Source: an uncultured Gammaproteobacteria bacterium (lineage in GTDB: Bacteria; Pseudomonadota; Gammaproteobacteria; Pseudomonadales; UBA5518). From it: a stretch of DNA of 64,000 nt. The notes under the pieces are model-generated. The model worked only from the letters and a program-made list of their open reading frames with translations, was not told the origin of the DNA and did no database searches. Where the stretch lies: the NCBI GenBank assembly GCA_903928015.1, contig CAIYPF010000132.1, positions 5,138-69,137 on the forward strand, given 5' to 3'. Position 1 is the first letter of the stretch. Each line of letters begins with the position of its first letter. Below, piece after piece: positions 44,559-54,216 of the stretch. The position numbers were made by a program, and so were the translations under genes.

Positions 44559-47486
44559 TCAGCGGTATGCGAGCGAGCGGTTATCCAGTGTGGTGAAGAG
44601 TTCGGCGTCTTGCAGTGCAGCCTGCATCTCGCGCACGCCCAGCGTGAAGCCGTAATGCGACTCGGTGAATTCCATCGCCCGCGCCGACATCGCGCTCCAG
44701 GCGTCTTCCGCGCCGTAGAGGCGGGTGATCGCCTGCGCCCAGTCCTCGGGCTTGCCGGCGATGGCGGCCTCCGCGCCGTCGCCCAGAGGGATGCCCTCGG
44801 CGGCGATCTGCGAGAGCACGCAGGGCACGCCGTGCGCCAGCGCGCCGATCACCTTGCCCTTGATGCCGGCGCCGCTTTGCAGCGGTGCCACGAAGACGCG
44901 GCAGTGGTCGTAGACATCGGCGACATCCGCTACCCAGCCTTCCACGATCACGTTGTCGTGCTTCTCGGCGAGGTCGATGAGCTTCTGCGGCACCTTGCTG
45001 CCGTAGATGCGGAAGTTCACACCCGGCAGCGAGGCAGAGATCAATGGCATCACCCGCGCCACGAACCACTCCACGGCCTCGACGTTGGGCGCGTGGTTGT
45101 AGCCACCGAGGAAGGCGATGTCGCGGCGGGTGTCCCACGCGGGCACCGTGGCCGAGGTCTCGCAGACCCAGGGGCAGCGAGCCACCCGCGTGCTGTCGAG
45201 GTTGTGGGACAGGATCACGGCCTTCTCGAGTTCCGTGTAGGTGAGCACCAGATCGGCCTTCTGCATGACCGCGAGTTCGGTCTTGCGGGTGTCGACGGCC
45301 TTGGCGAGGTCCTCCGGGATCTTCGAGTTCACCGCCGCGCGCAGTTCGCGCAGGAAGTGCAGGTCGGCGTTCATCAGCACGACCTTGGCGTTCGGTGCGT
45401 GCTTGCGGATGGTGTCGATGCACTCCTGCGCCACGTAATAGCGCGTGATGTAGACGAGGTCGAACTCCGCGCCACGCTCTTCGATGAGGTCGTTCACGCT
45501 GGCGGCGAAGGGGCTGTAGACGCACTCGATGCCCATGCGCTGCAGGGTTTCGGTGTAACGGCCCATGTAGGCCATGTTCTGCGGCACGAAGGTGCACTTG
45601 AAGCCCAGCGCCTGCAGCATCCGCATTTCCTGGATGGCGGCGTAGCTCCCGGCGTTCTGGTCGGGCATGGGCGTTTCGGCGTCGATCACCAGCGCACGGA
45701 ACTCGATGTTGCGGTCCTTCGCCAGATCGGGTCCTACGCCTTCCTTGCCGTTGTTGCGACAGGCACCGATCCAGCGGCCCTTGAACTTGGGACGGTTGAT
45801 TTCCTGGAAGCGCTTGATGCCGGAGGAGACGCTGGTGCCGCTGCTCACGCCCTCGAAGTGGATGATCTGCGAGAAGGGCGTGTACACCGTCTTGAAGCCG
45901 CGCTCGCGCACCTGGAACGCGAGGTCCGTGTCCTCGAAGTAGGCGGGGATGTAGGTCTCGCTGAAGCCGCCGATGTCGTTCCACAGTTCACGCGGCAGCA
46001 TCACGCAGGCGCCCGAGAGGTAATCGGCCTGGCGGGCGTAGCAGTAGCGCGGGTCTGCGGGGTTGGCCTTGCGGCCGTAGTTCCAGGGGTTCCCCGAGCT
46101 CCAGACGATGCCGCCTGCTTCCTGCAGCGTGCCGTCGGGGTAGAGGAGCTTGGCACCGGCCATGCCGACGCCGTCGAAGTGCTCGAAGCTGGCGAGCAGT
46201 TCGTCGATCCAGCCGGCGGTGACTTCGGTGTCGTTGTTCAGCATCACGATGTAGTCGCCGCGCGCGACGGACGCGCCGCGGTTGCAGGCGAGGATGAAGC
46301 CCTGGGCTTCCTCGTTGCGCAGGTACTGGATGCCGCTCACCAGTTCGGGCACGCGGATGCTGTCGTCTTTGGAGCCGTCGTCCACGATGATCACTTCGAA
46401 GCTGGCACGGTTGGGTGCCACCAGCAGCGACAGCAGGCAGTGGTAGGTGACGTGGAACTTGTTGTGGATCGGGATGACGATCGAGGCGACAGGGTGATCG
46501 ACCACGGGGAAGGCGAGCGGGGCGAAATCGGTATCGGCCGCGTTGAAACCACGCACCAGACGCGCGTGTGCCATATGCAGTTGGCTGATGCGGGCGGCGA
46601 TGCCGGGGAGATCCGCACCCGGACGCGAGCCTTCCGAGGCCAGGGCTTCCAGCGAGCGCGACAGCGCCTCGTAGCGGAAACCCGCAGCCACGGCGAGCGC
46701 GGGCTTCATGCCCTCGCGGGCGTGGCGCAGCAGTGACTCCTCGGGCGTGAGGTGTTGCGGCATCACCATCGCGGCGCTGCCCAGCGATACGGCGTCCTCG
46801 CGCAGCCGCACCTCGAATCCGTGCGGGCGGCCATCGAATGCGGCGCGCGGCACGGGAACCCGGAATCGCACCAGGCCGGGGACGTCCCGGTCCAGCCAGG
46901 CGTGGCCGCCTATCGTCACCTCGCCGTTGTCGATCAGTTCCAGTTCGTCGAGGTCGCAGGTGGTGTCCATGAGGACACAGCTGCCCTCGAGCGCCGAGCC
47001 CGCGAGCCGCATATCGCCCTGCACCCCGCGCGAGGCGCGCAAGGTCCTGGGACAGCCGGCCAGCAGGAAGCCGGTACGCAGTTCCCGCACTTCGATGGTG
47101 TGGGGCTGGTCGTCGAACAGCGTTGCGGGAATGGGGATGTCGAAGCTGTATTTGCCGTCGCCGATGCCGGCCTCGAGCAGGTCCTGACGGAAGCGGGACG
47201 CCATGCCATCGGCTACGGGAACGCCGTCTGCCAGCACTTCGAAGTCGAGACGGTTATCGGCGTCGCGGGCGTCGTAAAGCCAGCCCGAGATGCGGCGCGG
47301 TCCGCAGGCATCGAGACTGCCGGATATGCCGGCGGCCGGGGCGTCGTCGAAGCCGTCGTCGGTGGGCGCTGCCACCACCGGGGGCGCGACCGCTGCCTGC
47401 GCGTCGGAGCTGCTTGCCAGCTCGATGCGCTGGATCCTGAATTCGGTGTCACTCATGGCTGGGCTCTGCATCTTGGCGGAGGTCAT
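44559..47486 (-). CDS. multidomain glycosyltransferase: N-terminal duplicated beta-rich domain + GT2 + C-terminal GT4-like domain
   Basis: The GT2 core is VASIVIPIHNKFHVTYHCLLSLL...EVIIVDDGSKDDS...NRGASVARGDYIVMLNNDTEV...YFEDTDLAF. The C-terminal GT-B-like half is FLGGYNHAPNVEAV...VAPLQSGAGIKGKVIGALAHGVPCV. The start is uncertain: ATGs at 47486, 47471 and 47456, none with a good RBS. Confidence 0.85.
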   Translation of the reverse strand: MTSAKMQSPAMSDTEFRIQRIELASSSDAQAAVAPPVVAAPTDDGFDDAPAAGISGSLDACGPRRISGWLYDARDADNRLDFEVLADGVPVADGMASRFRQDLLEAGIGDGKYSFDIPIPATLFDDQPHTIEVRELRTGFLLAGCPRTLRASRGVQGDMRLAGSALEGSCVLMDTTCDLDELELIDNGEVTIGGHAWLDRDVPGLVRFRVPVPRAAFDGRPHGFEVRLREDAVSLGSAAMVMPQHLTPEESLLRHAREGMKPALAVAAGFRYEALSRSLEALASEGSRPGADLPGIAARISQLHMAHARLVRGFNAADTDFAPLAFPVVDHPVASIVIPIHNKFHVTYHCLLSLLVAPNRASFEVIIVDDGSKDDSIRVPELVSGIQYLRNEEAQGFILACNRGASVARGDYIVMLNNDTEVTAGWIDELLASFEHFDGVGMAGAKLLYPDGTLQEAGGIVWSSGNPWNYGRKANPADPRYCYARQADYLSGACVMLPRELWNDIGGFSETYIPAYFEDTDLAFQVRERGFKTVYTPFSQIIHFEGVSSGTSVSSGIKRFQEINRPKFKGRWIGACRNNGKEGVGPDLAKDRNIEFRALVIDAETPMPDQNAGSYAAIQEMRMLQALGFKCTFVPQNMAYMGRYTETLQRMGIECVYSPFAASVNDLIEERGAEFDLVYITRYYVAQECIDTIRKHAPNAKVVLMNADLHFLRELRAAVNSKIPEDLAKAVDTRKTELAVMQKADLVLTYTELEKAVILSHNLDSTRVARCPWVCETSATVPAWDTRRDIAFLGGYNHAPNVEAVEWFVARVMPLISASLPGVNFRIYGSKVPQKLIDLAEKHDNVIVEGWVADVADVYDHCRVFVAPLQSGAGIKGKVIGALAHGVPCVLSQIAAEGIPLGDGAEAAIAGKPEDWAQAITRLYGAEDAWSAMSARAMEFTESHYGFTLGVREMQAALQDAELFTTLDNRSLAYR

Positions 47487-47607
47487 AAACCCGCGAAGAG
47501 TGGCCTTTTTGGGGGCGCGGCGTCAACTCGCGCCCGGGCCGCCGAGCCGTGGTGCAGAGGCCTTTGCTCCAGTATGTTGGGGCTCTTGCCGAGAGGAGCG
47601 ATTGTCC

Positions 47608-49674
47608 ATGCCCGCCTGCCTGCCCCGATGGATTCCGGGTCTGTTTGCCGCCGCTGCCGTCGTTTTGCAGGCCACTGCTGCGCAGGCGCTCACGCCACCC
47701 GAAGCCGCGCTGATCGGTGCGCTGGAGCCCGCGCGGGTCTTGCAGGACATACGGCGTTTGGGTCAAAGCGCCGACGGCATTCCTCAGGGTGTTGGCGAGG
47801 GCTCGGTGGTCTCGGGCAGTGACGAGGAAAAAGCCCTGGCAGAAGAGCTTGCCGCGCGGATGCGCGAGCTGGGCCTCGAGGTGCGCATCGAGACTTTCCC
47901 GGTCCGCAATTACCGTTACGGTGTGCCGGTCCTCACGGCCGATGGCAGGCCCATCTCCGCCATCAGCCTGCACGCCGCCGGAGCGGTGTGGGGGCGCCGC
48001 GACGGGGTGGCTTTTGCACGCGGCAACGAGGGGGGCGGCAAGCGCCTGCGGACCGTGCTGGTGGATGCAGGCGATGGCTACGCGGCCGACTATCAGAAAA
48101 TCGGCGATGTGCGGGGCAAGGCGGTGCTGCTGCGGCGCGAGATGCGCGACTGGCCGCCGGCCCAGATCACCGAGGCCGCGCTGCGTGGCGCAGTTGCCGT
48201 GATCTTCCACGACCATCCTTCGGCCGGCACGCACCTGGACGCGCTGCGGCAGGACAGCATGTGGGCCCATGAGCAGCTTCCGACCGTGGCGATCAGCATC
48301 CGCGAGGCGCAGGCGCTGCAGGCCGGGATGAAGCAGAAACCGGTGGTGATCACCCTCGAGAGCGAGGTCGAGATCCGTGACGGGCTCTCCCGGAACGTGC
48401 TCGGCGTGCTGGAGGGCAGCGAGCAGCCGGATGAGTGGGTGGTGGTCTCTGGGCACTATGACCGCTGGTTTCGCGGGGCGCTCGACAACGTGAGTGGCAC
48501 CGCCGCTGTGCTGGAGATGGCGCGGTCCTTCCGCAAGGCGGGCGTGCAGCCGCGCCGTTCGATGCTGTTCATGGCCGCGGGCAGCGAGGAGGCGGGACAG
48601 GAAGACCCGGAGCGCGACTGGCTCGCGGGATCCAATGCCTTCGTGCAGGCGCATCCGGAGATTCTTCGACGGGCAGCGTTCGTGAGCAATCTGGACGGGG
48701 TGGGCTGGACGCCCTCCACCGCGCGTCTTGCCGTCAGCCCCGACATCCTTGCCGGCCAGCGCGCCGTGCTCGCTGATCCGGGGCTCGCAGCGACGGCCGA
48801 GGCAAAGCCCTTCACCGGCAGCACCATCGATGCCTGGAACTTCGGTGTGGTGGGCGGCGCTGCCACCTCCGCGCTTCTCACCTGGGACAACAGCTACACG
48901 CCCCTCTACCACACGCAGGAAGATGTGTTCCTGCCGGAGCGCTTCGCGAACATGGGGCGCGATCTGCGCATCGTTGCGCTGGGGCTGTTCCGTGCCGCCA
49001 CCGCGCCGCGTGCCGAAGTGTCGCTGCTTGCGCTCGCCGATGCCGTGGGTGCCGAGCTGGACAAGGAGGCCGCCCTGCTGCCCGGGACCTCCTTCGCCGA
49101 CACCCGTTTCGCACTGCAGGAATTCCGCGCTGCGGCCGCCACCGTGGAGGCCATCGGCAGCAACGATGCCGTGCGTGTGCTGCTGTCCACCCGCCACGCG
49201 CTGGTGCCGTGGCTGTACGCCGCCAACGGGGATTTCGCGCAAGCGCTGCGCACGGTGGAATACACCCGCCGCGTGCAGACCTTCGATGCCGCGATCAAGG
49301 CGCTCCGCGAGTCGCGCCCCGCTGCGGCGCTCGAGGCTTTGGCGCAGCTGTACGAGGGGCGGCAGTGCCAGCGCTTCTCGGCGGCCACCTATGCGCGCGA
49401 GCGCGGATTCCGGGCAGGGGAGGGCGGGTGGGCCAGCCGCTTCGGTCATCGGGCGCCGCCGCCTGTGCCGGCATTCGATGCTGCCTGTCGCGGGCTCGTT
49501 GCGGGCGCGACGCCTGTGGAGCCGGTCATCGACGGTCTGGGTGCGGCGCGTGCCGAGGCGCTGCTGGCGGTGGAGCAGTCGCTCGCGCTGATGGCCGCGC
49601 AGCTGCGTGCGGCAAGCGCGCAGCTGCGCGAGGCCGGTCTCGCTTCCGTTGCCGATCCGGCCCACCCCCGCTAG
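47608..49674 (+). CDS. M28-family metallopeptidase with PA domain and transferrin-receptor-like C-terminal helical domain
   Basis: ATG at 47608 (RBS gagaggag) with a signal peptide. The PA-like insert is KIGDVRGKAVLLRR...AALRGAVAVIFHD. The M28 core is VVVSGHYDRW...DNVSGTAAVLEMAR...FMAAGSEEAGQ. A long helical tail follows. Confidence 0.75.
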   Translation: MPACLPRWIPGLFAAAAVVLQATAAQALTPPEAALIGALEPARVLQDIRRLGQSADGIPQGVGEGSVVSGSDEEKALAEELAARMRELGLEVRIETFPVRNYRYGVPVLTADGRPISAISLHAAGAVWGRRDGVAFARGNEGGGKRLRTVLVDAGDGYAADYQKIGDVRGKAVLLRREMRDWPPAQITEAALRGAVAVIFHDHPSAGTHLDALRQDSMWAHEQLPTVAISIREAQALQAGMKQKPVVITLESEVEIRDGLSRNVLGVLEGSEQPDEWVVVSGHYDRWFRGALDNVSGTAAVLEMARSFRKAGVQPRRSMLFMAAGSEEAGQEDPERDWLAGSNAFVQAHPEILRRAAFVSNLDGVGWTPSTARLAVSPDILAGQRAVLADPGLAATAEAKPFTGSTIDAWNFGVVGGAATSALLTWDNSYTPLYHTQEDVFLPERFANMGRDLRIVALGLFRAATAPRAEVSLLALADAVGAELDKEAALLPGTSFADTRFALQEFRAAAATVEAIGSNDAVRVLLSTRHALVPWLYAANGDFAQALRTVEYTRRVQTFDAAIKALRESRPAAALEALAQLYEGRQCQRFSAATYARERGFRAGEGGWASRFGHRAPPPVPAFDAACRGLVAGATPVEPVIDGLGAARAEALLAVEQSLALMAAQLRAASAQLREAGLASVADPAHPR

Positions 49675-49841
49675 CCATCGCGCCCATGGTCCGGTTTTCC
49701 CGCTCCCGTGTTTGACAATCCGCGGGAGCTTCTGGTCATCTAGGACCACTCCACACAGTGCATCCGGCGCGGCTCCAGAGGGCGGGCCGGGTATCTGTGT
49801 ATTTGCCGGATTCCGGCCGGACCCACACACACAGGCCCCGC

Positions 49842-50957
49842 GTGAACATCGACACATTCCTGCTCGAGCGCAACCAGTCTCTCTACGAGAACAGCGTAGA
49901 GATCAACCTCACCGAGAGCGGCGTCGAGCCGATGACGCTCGCCGAACTGCTGCGGCCGGAAGAGCTCGACGCGCTGCTGCAACTGCGCCTCGGATACAAC
50001 TACACCGAGGGCACGCCGGAGCTGCGCGCGGCCATCGCCAGCTGGTATCCGGATACGGGCATCGACGAGGTGCTGGTGACCACAGGCGCCGCCGAGGCGA
50101 ACTTCGTGATGTGCTGGTCCCTGCTCGAGCCGGGCGACACATTCGCGGGCATGCTGCCCAATTTCATGCAGATGCACGGGCTGGCCGCCGGGCTTGGTGC
50201 CCGTGTGCAGTCTTTCGGACTGCGCCTTCGCAATGGCGCCTGGCAACTCGACCGTGAAGCACTTGATGCCGCGGTTGCGGGCGGAGCGAAGGTGATCGCC
50301 GTCTGCAACCCCAACAACCCCACCGGCGCGGTGCTCGACGAAGCGGAGATGGACGCGCTCGTCCAGGCCGCGCGCGCCTGTGATGCCTGGCTCATCTGCG
50401 ACGAGATCTACCGCGGCGCGGAACTCGACGCACGCCCCGAAACACCCACCTTCCGCGGGCGCTACGAAAAGGCCATCGTCACCTCCAGTACCTCGAAGTC
50501 GATCGCCCACGCGGGGCTTCGTATCGGCTGGGCGGTGGCACCGCCCGCGATCATCGCCGAGGCCGTTCGCCGCCAGGACTACACCACCATCGGCACCGGC
50601 CCCATCAACCAGTATCTCGCTTCCCTCATCCTCGCACCCGCGCGCCGCGCCGTGATCCTCGAGCGCAGCCGCGCGATCCTTGGCCGCAACATGGGCATCA
50701 TCGATGACTGGGTAGGGCGCTCGAACGGTCGGCTCCGGTATGTGCGGCCCGCCGCCGGCGGCATGGTGTTCGTCGGTTATGACTTCCCGATCAATTCCAC
50801 CGCGTTGAGCGAGTTGATCCGCGAGCGCGAGAGCACCTTTGTGGTGGCCGGTGACTGGTTCGGAATGGACGGATACCTGCGCATCGGTACCGGCGGGCAT
50901 GCGCACGAGCTCGAAGAGGGCCTGCGGCGCATCGACCGGGTGCTGGCCTCGCTCTAG
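49842..50957 (+). CDS. class I/II PLP-dependent aminotransferase
   Basis: The GTG at 49842 gives VNIDTFLLERNQSLYENSVEINLTESGV. The PLP-Lys region is VTSSTSKSIAHAGLRIGW, and NPNNPTG is also present. Confidence 0.85.
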   Translation: MNIDTFLLERNQSLYENSVEINLTESGVEPMTLAELLRPEELDALLQLRLGYNYTEGTPELRAAIASWYPDTGIDEVLVTTGAAEANFVMCWSLLEPGDTFAGMLPNFMQMHGLAAGLGARVQSFGLRLRNGAWQLDREALDAAVAGGAKVIAVCNPNNPTGAVLDEAEMDALVQAARACDAWLICDEIYRGAELDARPETPTFRGRYEKAIVTSSTSKSIAHAGLRIGWAVAPPAIIAEAVRRQDYTTIGTGPINQYLASLILAPARRAVILERSRAILGRNMGIIDDWVGRSNGRLRYVRPAAGGMVFVGYDFPINSTALSELIRERESTFVVAGDWFGMDGYLRIGTGGHAHELEEGLRRIDRVLASL

Positions 50958-50970
50958 CGGGGCATTCCCG

Positions 50971-51732
50971 ATGCACTCCCTCGACCTTCTGTGGCTTTTC
51001 GGCGGCGGCCTGCTCGCCGGCATGATCAACGTCATGGCCGGTGGCGCGGGCTTCATGACGTTCCCGCTGCTGATTGCCACGGGGCTCACCGAGATGGAGG
51101 CCAACGCGTGCAATTTCGTCGCCCTGTTGCCCGCCAACATCGTGGGCACCTGGGTCTATCGCCAGGAGATCCGGGAGTTGCGCCAGCACCTGCCGCTGCG
51201 CCTGGTGCTGGCGGCAGTGGGGGGCATCTCGGGTTCGCTGCTGTTCGTGTACCTCGGTGAGGCCTCCTTCCATGCGGCCATCCCCTGGTTGCTGGTCTTT
51301 GCCACGCTGTCCTTCGGCTTCGGGCCGCAGATCCGTGATCGCCTGCATGCCATGCCCTCCTTCGACGCGTCCCGGTGGCTCTGGCTTTCGTTTCTGCTGG
51401 AGTTCGTCGTTTTCGTGTACGGCGGTTATTTCGGGCTCGGGATGGGCATCATCCTGCTTGCCATCCATTCGATCTTCAGTCGGCTCGATATCTTCCACGC
51501 CAACGCGCTGCGCAACATCACCGTGGCGCTGATGACGCTGATCAGCATCGGGGTGTTCGTGGGCGCAGGTCTGGTGCGCTGGGTGCCGGCGGCCGCGATG
51601 ATGGGCGGGGCGATCATCGGCGGTTACGGTACGGCACAGGTTGCGCGCCGTGTGCCGCAGCACCTGGTGCGCACCGTGATCCTCTGCTGGTCCGTGACGC
51701 TCACGGTGTATTCGTTCTGGCGCTACAACTGA
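50971..51732 (+). CDS. TauE/SafE (TSUP) family anion exporter
   Basis: The ATG at 50971 gives MHSLDLLWLFGGGLLAGMINVMAGGAGFMTFPLL. It has 7-8 TM helices and the duplicated GGG-motif architecture of the TSUP family. Confidence 0.85.
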   Translation: MHSLDLLWLFGGGLLAGMINVMAGGAGFMTFPLLIATGLTEMEANACNFVALLPANIVGTWVYRQEIRELRQHLPLRLVLAAVGGISGSLLFVYLGEASFHAAIPWLLVFATLSFGFGPQIRDRLHAMPSFDASRWLWLSFLLEFVVFVYGGYFGLGMGIILLAIHSIFSRLDIFHANALRNITVALMTLISIGVFVGAGLVRWVPAAAMMGGAIIGGYGTAQVARRVPQHLVRTVILCWSVTLTVYSFWRYN

Positions 51733-51749
51733 TGCAGGGAGCAGCGACG

Positions 51750-53120
51750 ATGCGCAAGGGGGATGTCTCCTTCTGGTACGCGGACATCGGCATGCCCGCA
51801 CGGCGTGCTCCGCTCGCGGGCGATACCCGCGCAGACGTGTGCATCGTGGGTGCGGGTTACACGGGCTTGTGGACGGCCTACTACCTGAAGAAAGCCGATC
51901 CGGGGCTCGATGTGCTGGTGGTCGAGAAAGACTTCGCGGGCTTCGGCGCTTCGGGGCGCAATGGAGGCTGGCTCACGGGCGGTTTTGCGTGGAATCACGC
52001 GCGTTACCGCGAGCGCAGTTCCGAGGCCGCGGTTCGCGCCATGGTCCGGGCCATGAACGGCACGGTGGACGAGGTGATCCGCGTGACCGAGGCCGAGGGC
52101 ATCGAGGCCGACATCCTGCGCACCGATGAGCTCATGGTGGCCACCAACCCGGCCCAGTTCACACGCATGACAGCCGAGGTGGCGCACCGCCGCCACTGGG
52201 GCGAGGAAGAGCGCGTCTGGCAGATCGGCGCGGACGAAGCCCGTGCGCGGGTTTCGGTTCCGGGAGTGCTGGGCGCCATGATCGTTACCCGTGTGGCGCG
52301 CGTGCAGCCCGCCAAACTGGTGCGCGGGCTGGCCGAGGTGGTGGAGCGCATGGGCGTGAGGCTGGTCGAGGGCACCACCGTCACCGCTATCGGCAAGGGC
52401 AGCGTCAGCACCGATCGAGGCACCGTGAGCGCCCCCGTGGTGCTGCGTTGCACGGAAGGCTTCACCGCGACGCTTCCGGGCTCGAAGCGCGAGTGGCTGC
52501 CGCTCAATTCCGCACAGATCGCGACGCCGCCACTGCCGGATAGCGTGTGGCGGGAGATCGGCTGGCACGGACACGAGATATTCGGCGATTTCGACAACGC
52601 CTACTGCTACTGCCAGCGCACCCGCGAGGGGCGCATCACGGTCGGCGCGCGCGGCGTGCCCTACCGCTTCGCTTCTGCCATCGACAGCAACGGGGAACCC
52701 GACGCTGAAACCATCCGCCGGCTCACGGCCATCCTGTACCGCCATTTCCCCGCAGCCAAAGCCTTCGGTGTGGATCACGCCTGGTGCGGCGTGCTCGGCG
52801 TCCCGCGTGACTGGTGCGCCACCGTGGGCCTGGATCCCGCCACCGGCATCGGCTGGGCCGGAGGCTACGTTGGCGTGGGCGTGTCCACCTCGAACCTTGC
52901 CGGCCGCACGCTCGCCGATCTGGCGCTCGGGCGTGCGAGCGATCTCACGGCCTTGCCATGGGTGAACCGCCGCGTGCGCAAATGGGAGCCCGAGCCGCTG
53001 CGCTGGCTCGGTGTGCATGGCATGTATGCGCTGCTGCGCGAGGCTGACCGTCGTGAGGCTGCGAGCGGCGGGCCGCCTTCGCGCCTCGCAGCGCTGGGCA
53101 ACTGGCTTACCGGGAGGTGA
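51750..53120 (+). CDS. FAD-dependent oxidoreductase (DAO family, PuuB/OrdL-like)
   Basis: The ATG at 51750 (RBS gggag) gives ...ADVCIVGAGYTGLWTAYYLKK...VEKDFAGFGASGRNGGW. The upstream part of track ORF 51375..53120 overlaps the TSUP gene and is rejected. Confidence 0.85.
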   Translation: MRKGDVSFWYADIGMPARRAPLAGDTRADVCIVGAGYTGLWTAYYLKKADPGLDVLVVEKDFAGFGASGRNGGWLTGGFAWNHARYRERSSEAAVRAMVRAMNGTVDEVIRVTEAEGIEADILRTDELMVATNPAQFTRMTAEVAHRRHWGEEERVWQIGADEARARVSVPGVLGAMIVTRVARVQPAKLVRGLAEVVERMGVRLVEGTTVTAIGKGSVSTDRGTVSAPVVLRCTEGFTATLPGSKREWLPLNSAQIATPPLPDSVWREIGWHGHEIFGDFDNAYCYCQRTREGRITVGARGVPYRFASAIDSNGEPDAETIRRLTAILYRHFPAAKAFGVDHAWCGVLGVPRDWCATVGLDPATGIGWAGGYVGVGVSTSNLAGRTLADLALGRASDLTALPWVNRRVRKWEPEPLRWLGVHGMYALLREADRREAASGGPPSRLAALGNWLTGR

Positions 53121-53127
53121 TGGCGTG

Positions 53128-54204
53128 ATGAACATGCTGTGGATGCTGCTGTTTGCCCTGTTGTGCGCGCTGCCCGGCACGGGGCTGCGCGCCGAAGAGG
53201 CCGCGGGCTGGCAGGAGGGCGACTTCACGATCAAGGACTTCCGTTTCCGCTCCGGCGAGCAGTTGCCGGAACTGCGGATCCACTACATGACCCGCGGCAC
53301 ACCTCGTCGCAACAGCGCGGGGCAGATCGGGAACGCCGTGATGATCCTCCACGGCACGGGTGGCAGCGGACAGCAATTCCTGCAGCCACAGTTCGCCGGC
53401 GTGCTCTTCGCCCCCGGCGGGCTGCTCGACCCTGCGCGCTATTTCATCGTGCTGCCTGATGGCATCGGCCACGGCAAGTCCTCGAAGCCGAGTGACGGAT
53501 TGCGCACCGCGTTCCCGCACTACGACTACGACGACATGGTCGAGGCGCAGCACCGGTTGCTGACCGAGGGTCTGGGTGTGGATCACCTGCGCCTGCTGCT
53601 CGGCACCTCGATGGGTTGCATGCATGCCTTCGTGTGGGGCGAGACCTACCCGCAGATGGTCGATGCGCTGATGCCGCTTGCCTGTCTGCCCGCGCCCATC
53701 GCAGGCCGCAATCGCCTCTGGCGCAAACTGGTGATGGATGCGATCACCGCGGACCCTGCCTGGCAGCAGGGCAATTACACGCAGCAGCCACTGGCAGGTT
53801 TGCGTGCGGCGCAGAGCCTGCTGATCATCGCGGGCAGCGCACCGCTGCTGATGCAGGCCCAGCTGCCCGACCGTGACGCAGCCGATGCCTTTGCGGGCAA
53901 AACCATGGCCGAGCGCCTGCCGCTGCTGGACGCCAACGATTTGCTCTACCAGGTGGCTGCCTCGCGCAACTACGACCCGTCTGCCCGGCTCGAAGACATC
54001 CGCGCGCAGGTGATGTGGGTGAATTCCGCAGACGATTTCATCAACCCGCCCGAACTGGGTATCGCCGAGGCCGCCGCGCCACGCCTGCAGCGTGGACGGT
54101 TCGTGCTGCTGCCCGCCTCAGCCAGCACGCGCGGACATGGCAGTCACACATGGGCCGTGTTGTGGCAGGAGCGGCTGAAGGAATTGCTCGATGGCGCGCC
54201 CTGA
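53128..54204 (+). CDS. alpha/beta-fold hydrolase (homoserine O-acetyltransferase-like fold) with signal peptide
   Basis: The ATG at 53128 gives MNMLWMLLFALLCALPGTGLRA. The sequence LHGTGGSG...LLLGTSMGCMHAF has a nucleophile-elbow-like G-x-S-x-G. Confidence 0.75.
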   Translation: MNMLWMLLFALLCALPGTGLRAEEAAGWQEGDFTIKDFRFRSGEQLPELRIHYMTRGTPRRNSAGQIGNAVMILHGTGGSGQQFLQPQFAGVLFAPGGLLDPARYFIVLPDGIGHGKSSKPSDGLRTAFPHYDYDDMVEAQHRLLTEGLGVDHLRLLLGTSMGCMHAFVWGETYPQMVDALMPLACLPAPIAGRNRLWRKLVMDAITADPAWQQGNYTQQPLAGLRAAQSLLIIAGSAPLLMQAQLPDRDAADAFAGKTMAERLPLLDANDLLYQVAASRNYDPSARLEDIRAQVMWVNSADDFINPPELGIAEAAAPRLQRGRFVLLPASASTRGHGSHTWAVLWQERLKELLDGAP

Positions 54205-54216
54205 TGCGCGCCGCGC

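Noticed and set aside
44508-46736. 742-aa plus-strand ORF
   Set aside because: It is antisense to the 975-aa glycosyltransferase. Its composition is low-complexity (Ala/Gly/Val/His/Asp-rich).
47449-49857. 802-aa minus-strand ORF
   Set aside because: It is antisense to the M28 peptidase gene. It is a shadow ORF.
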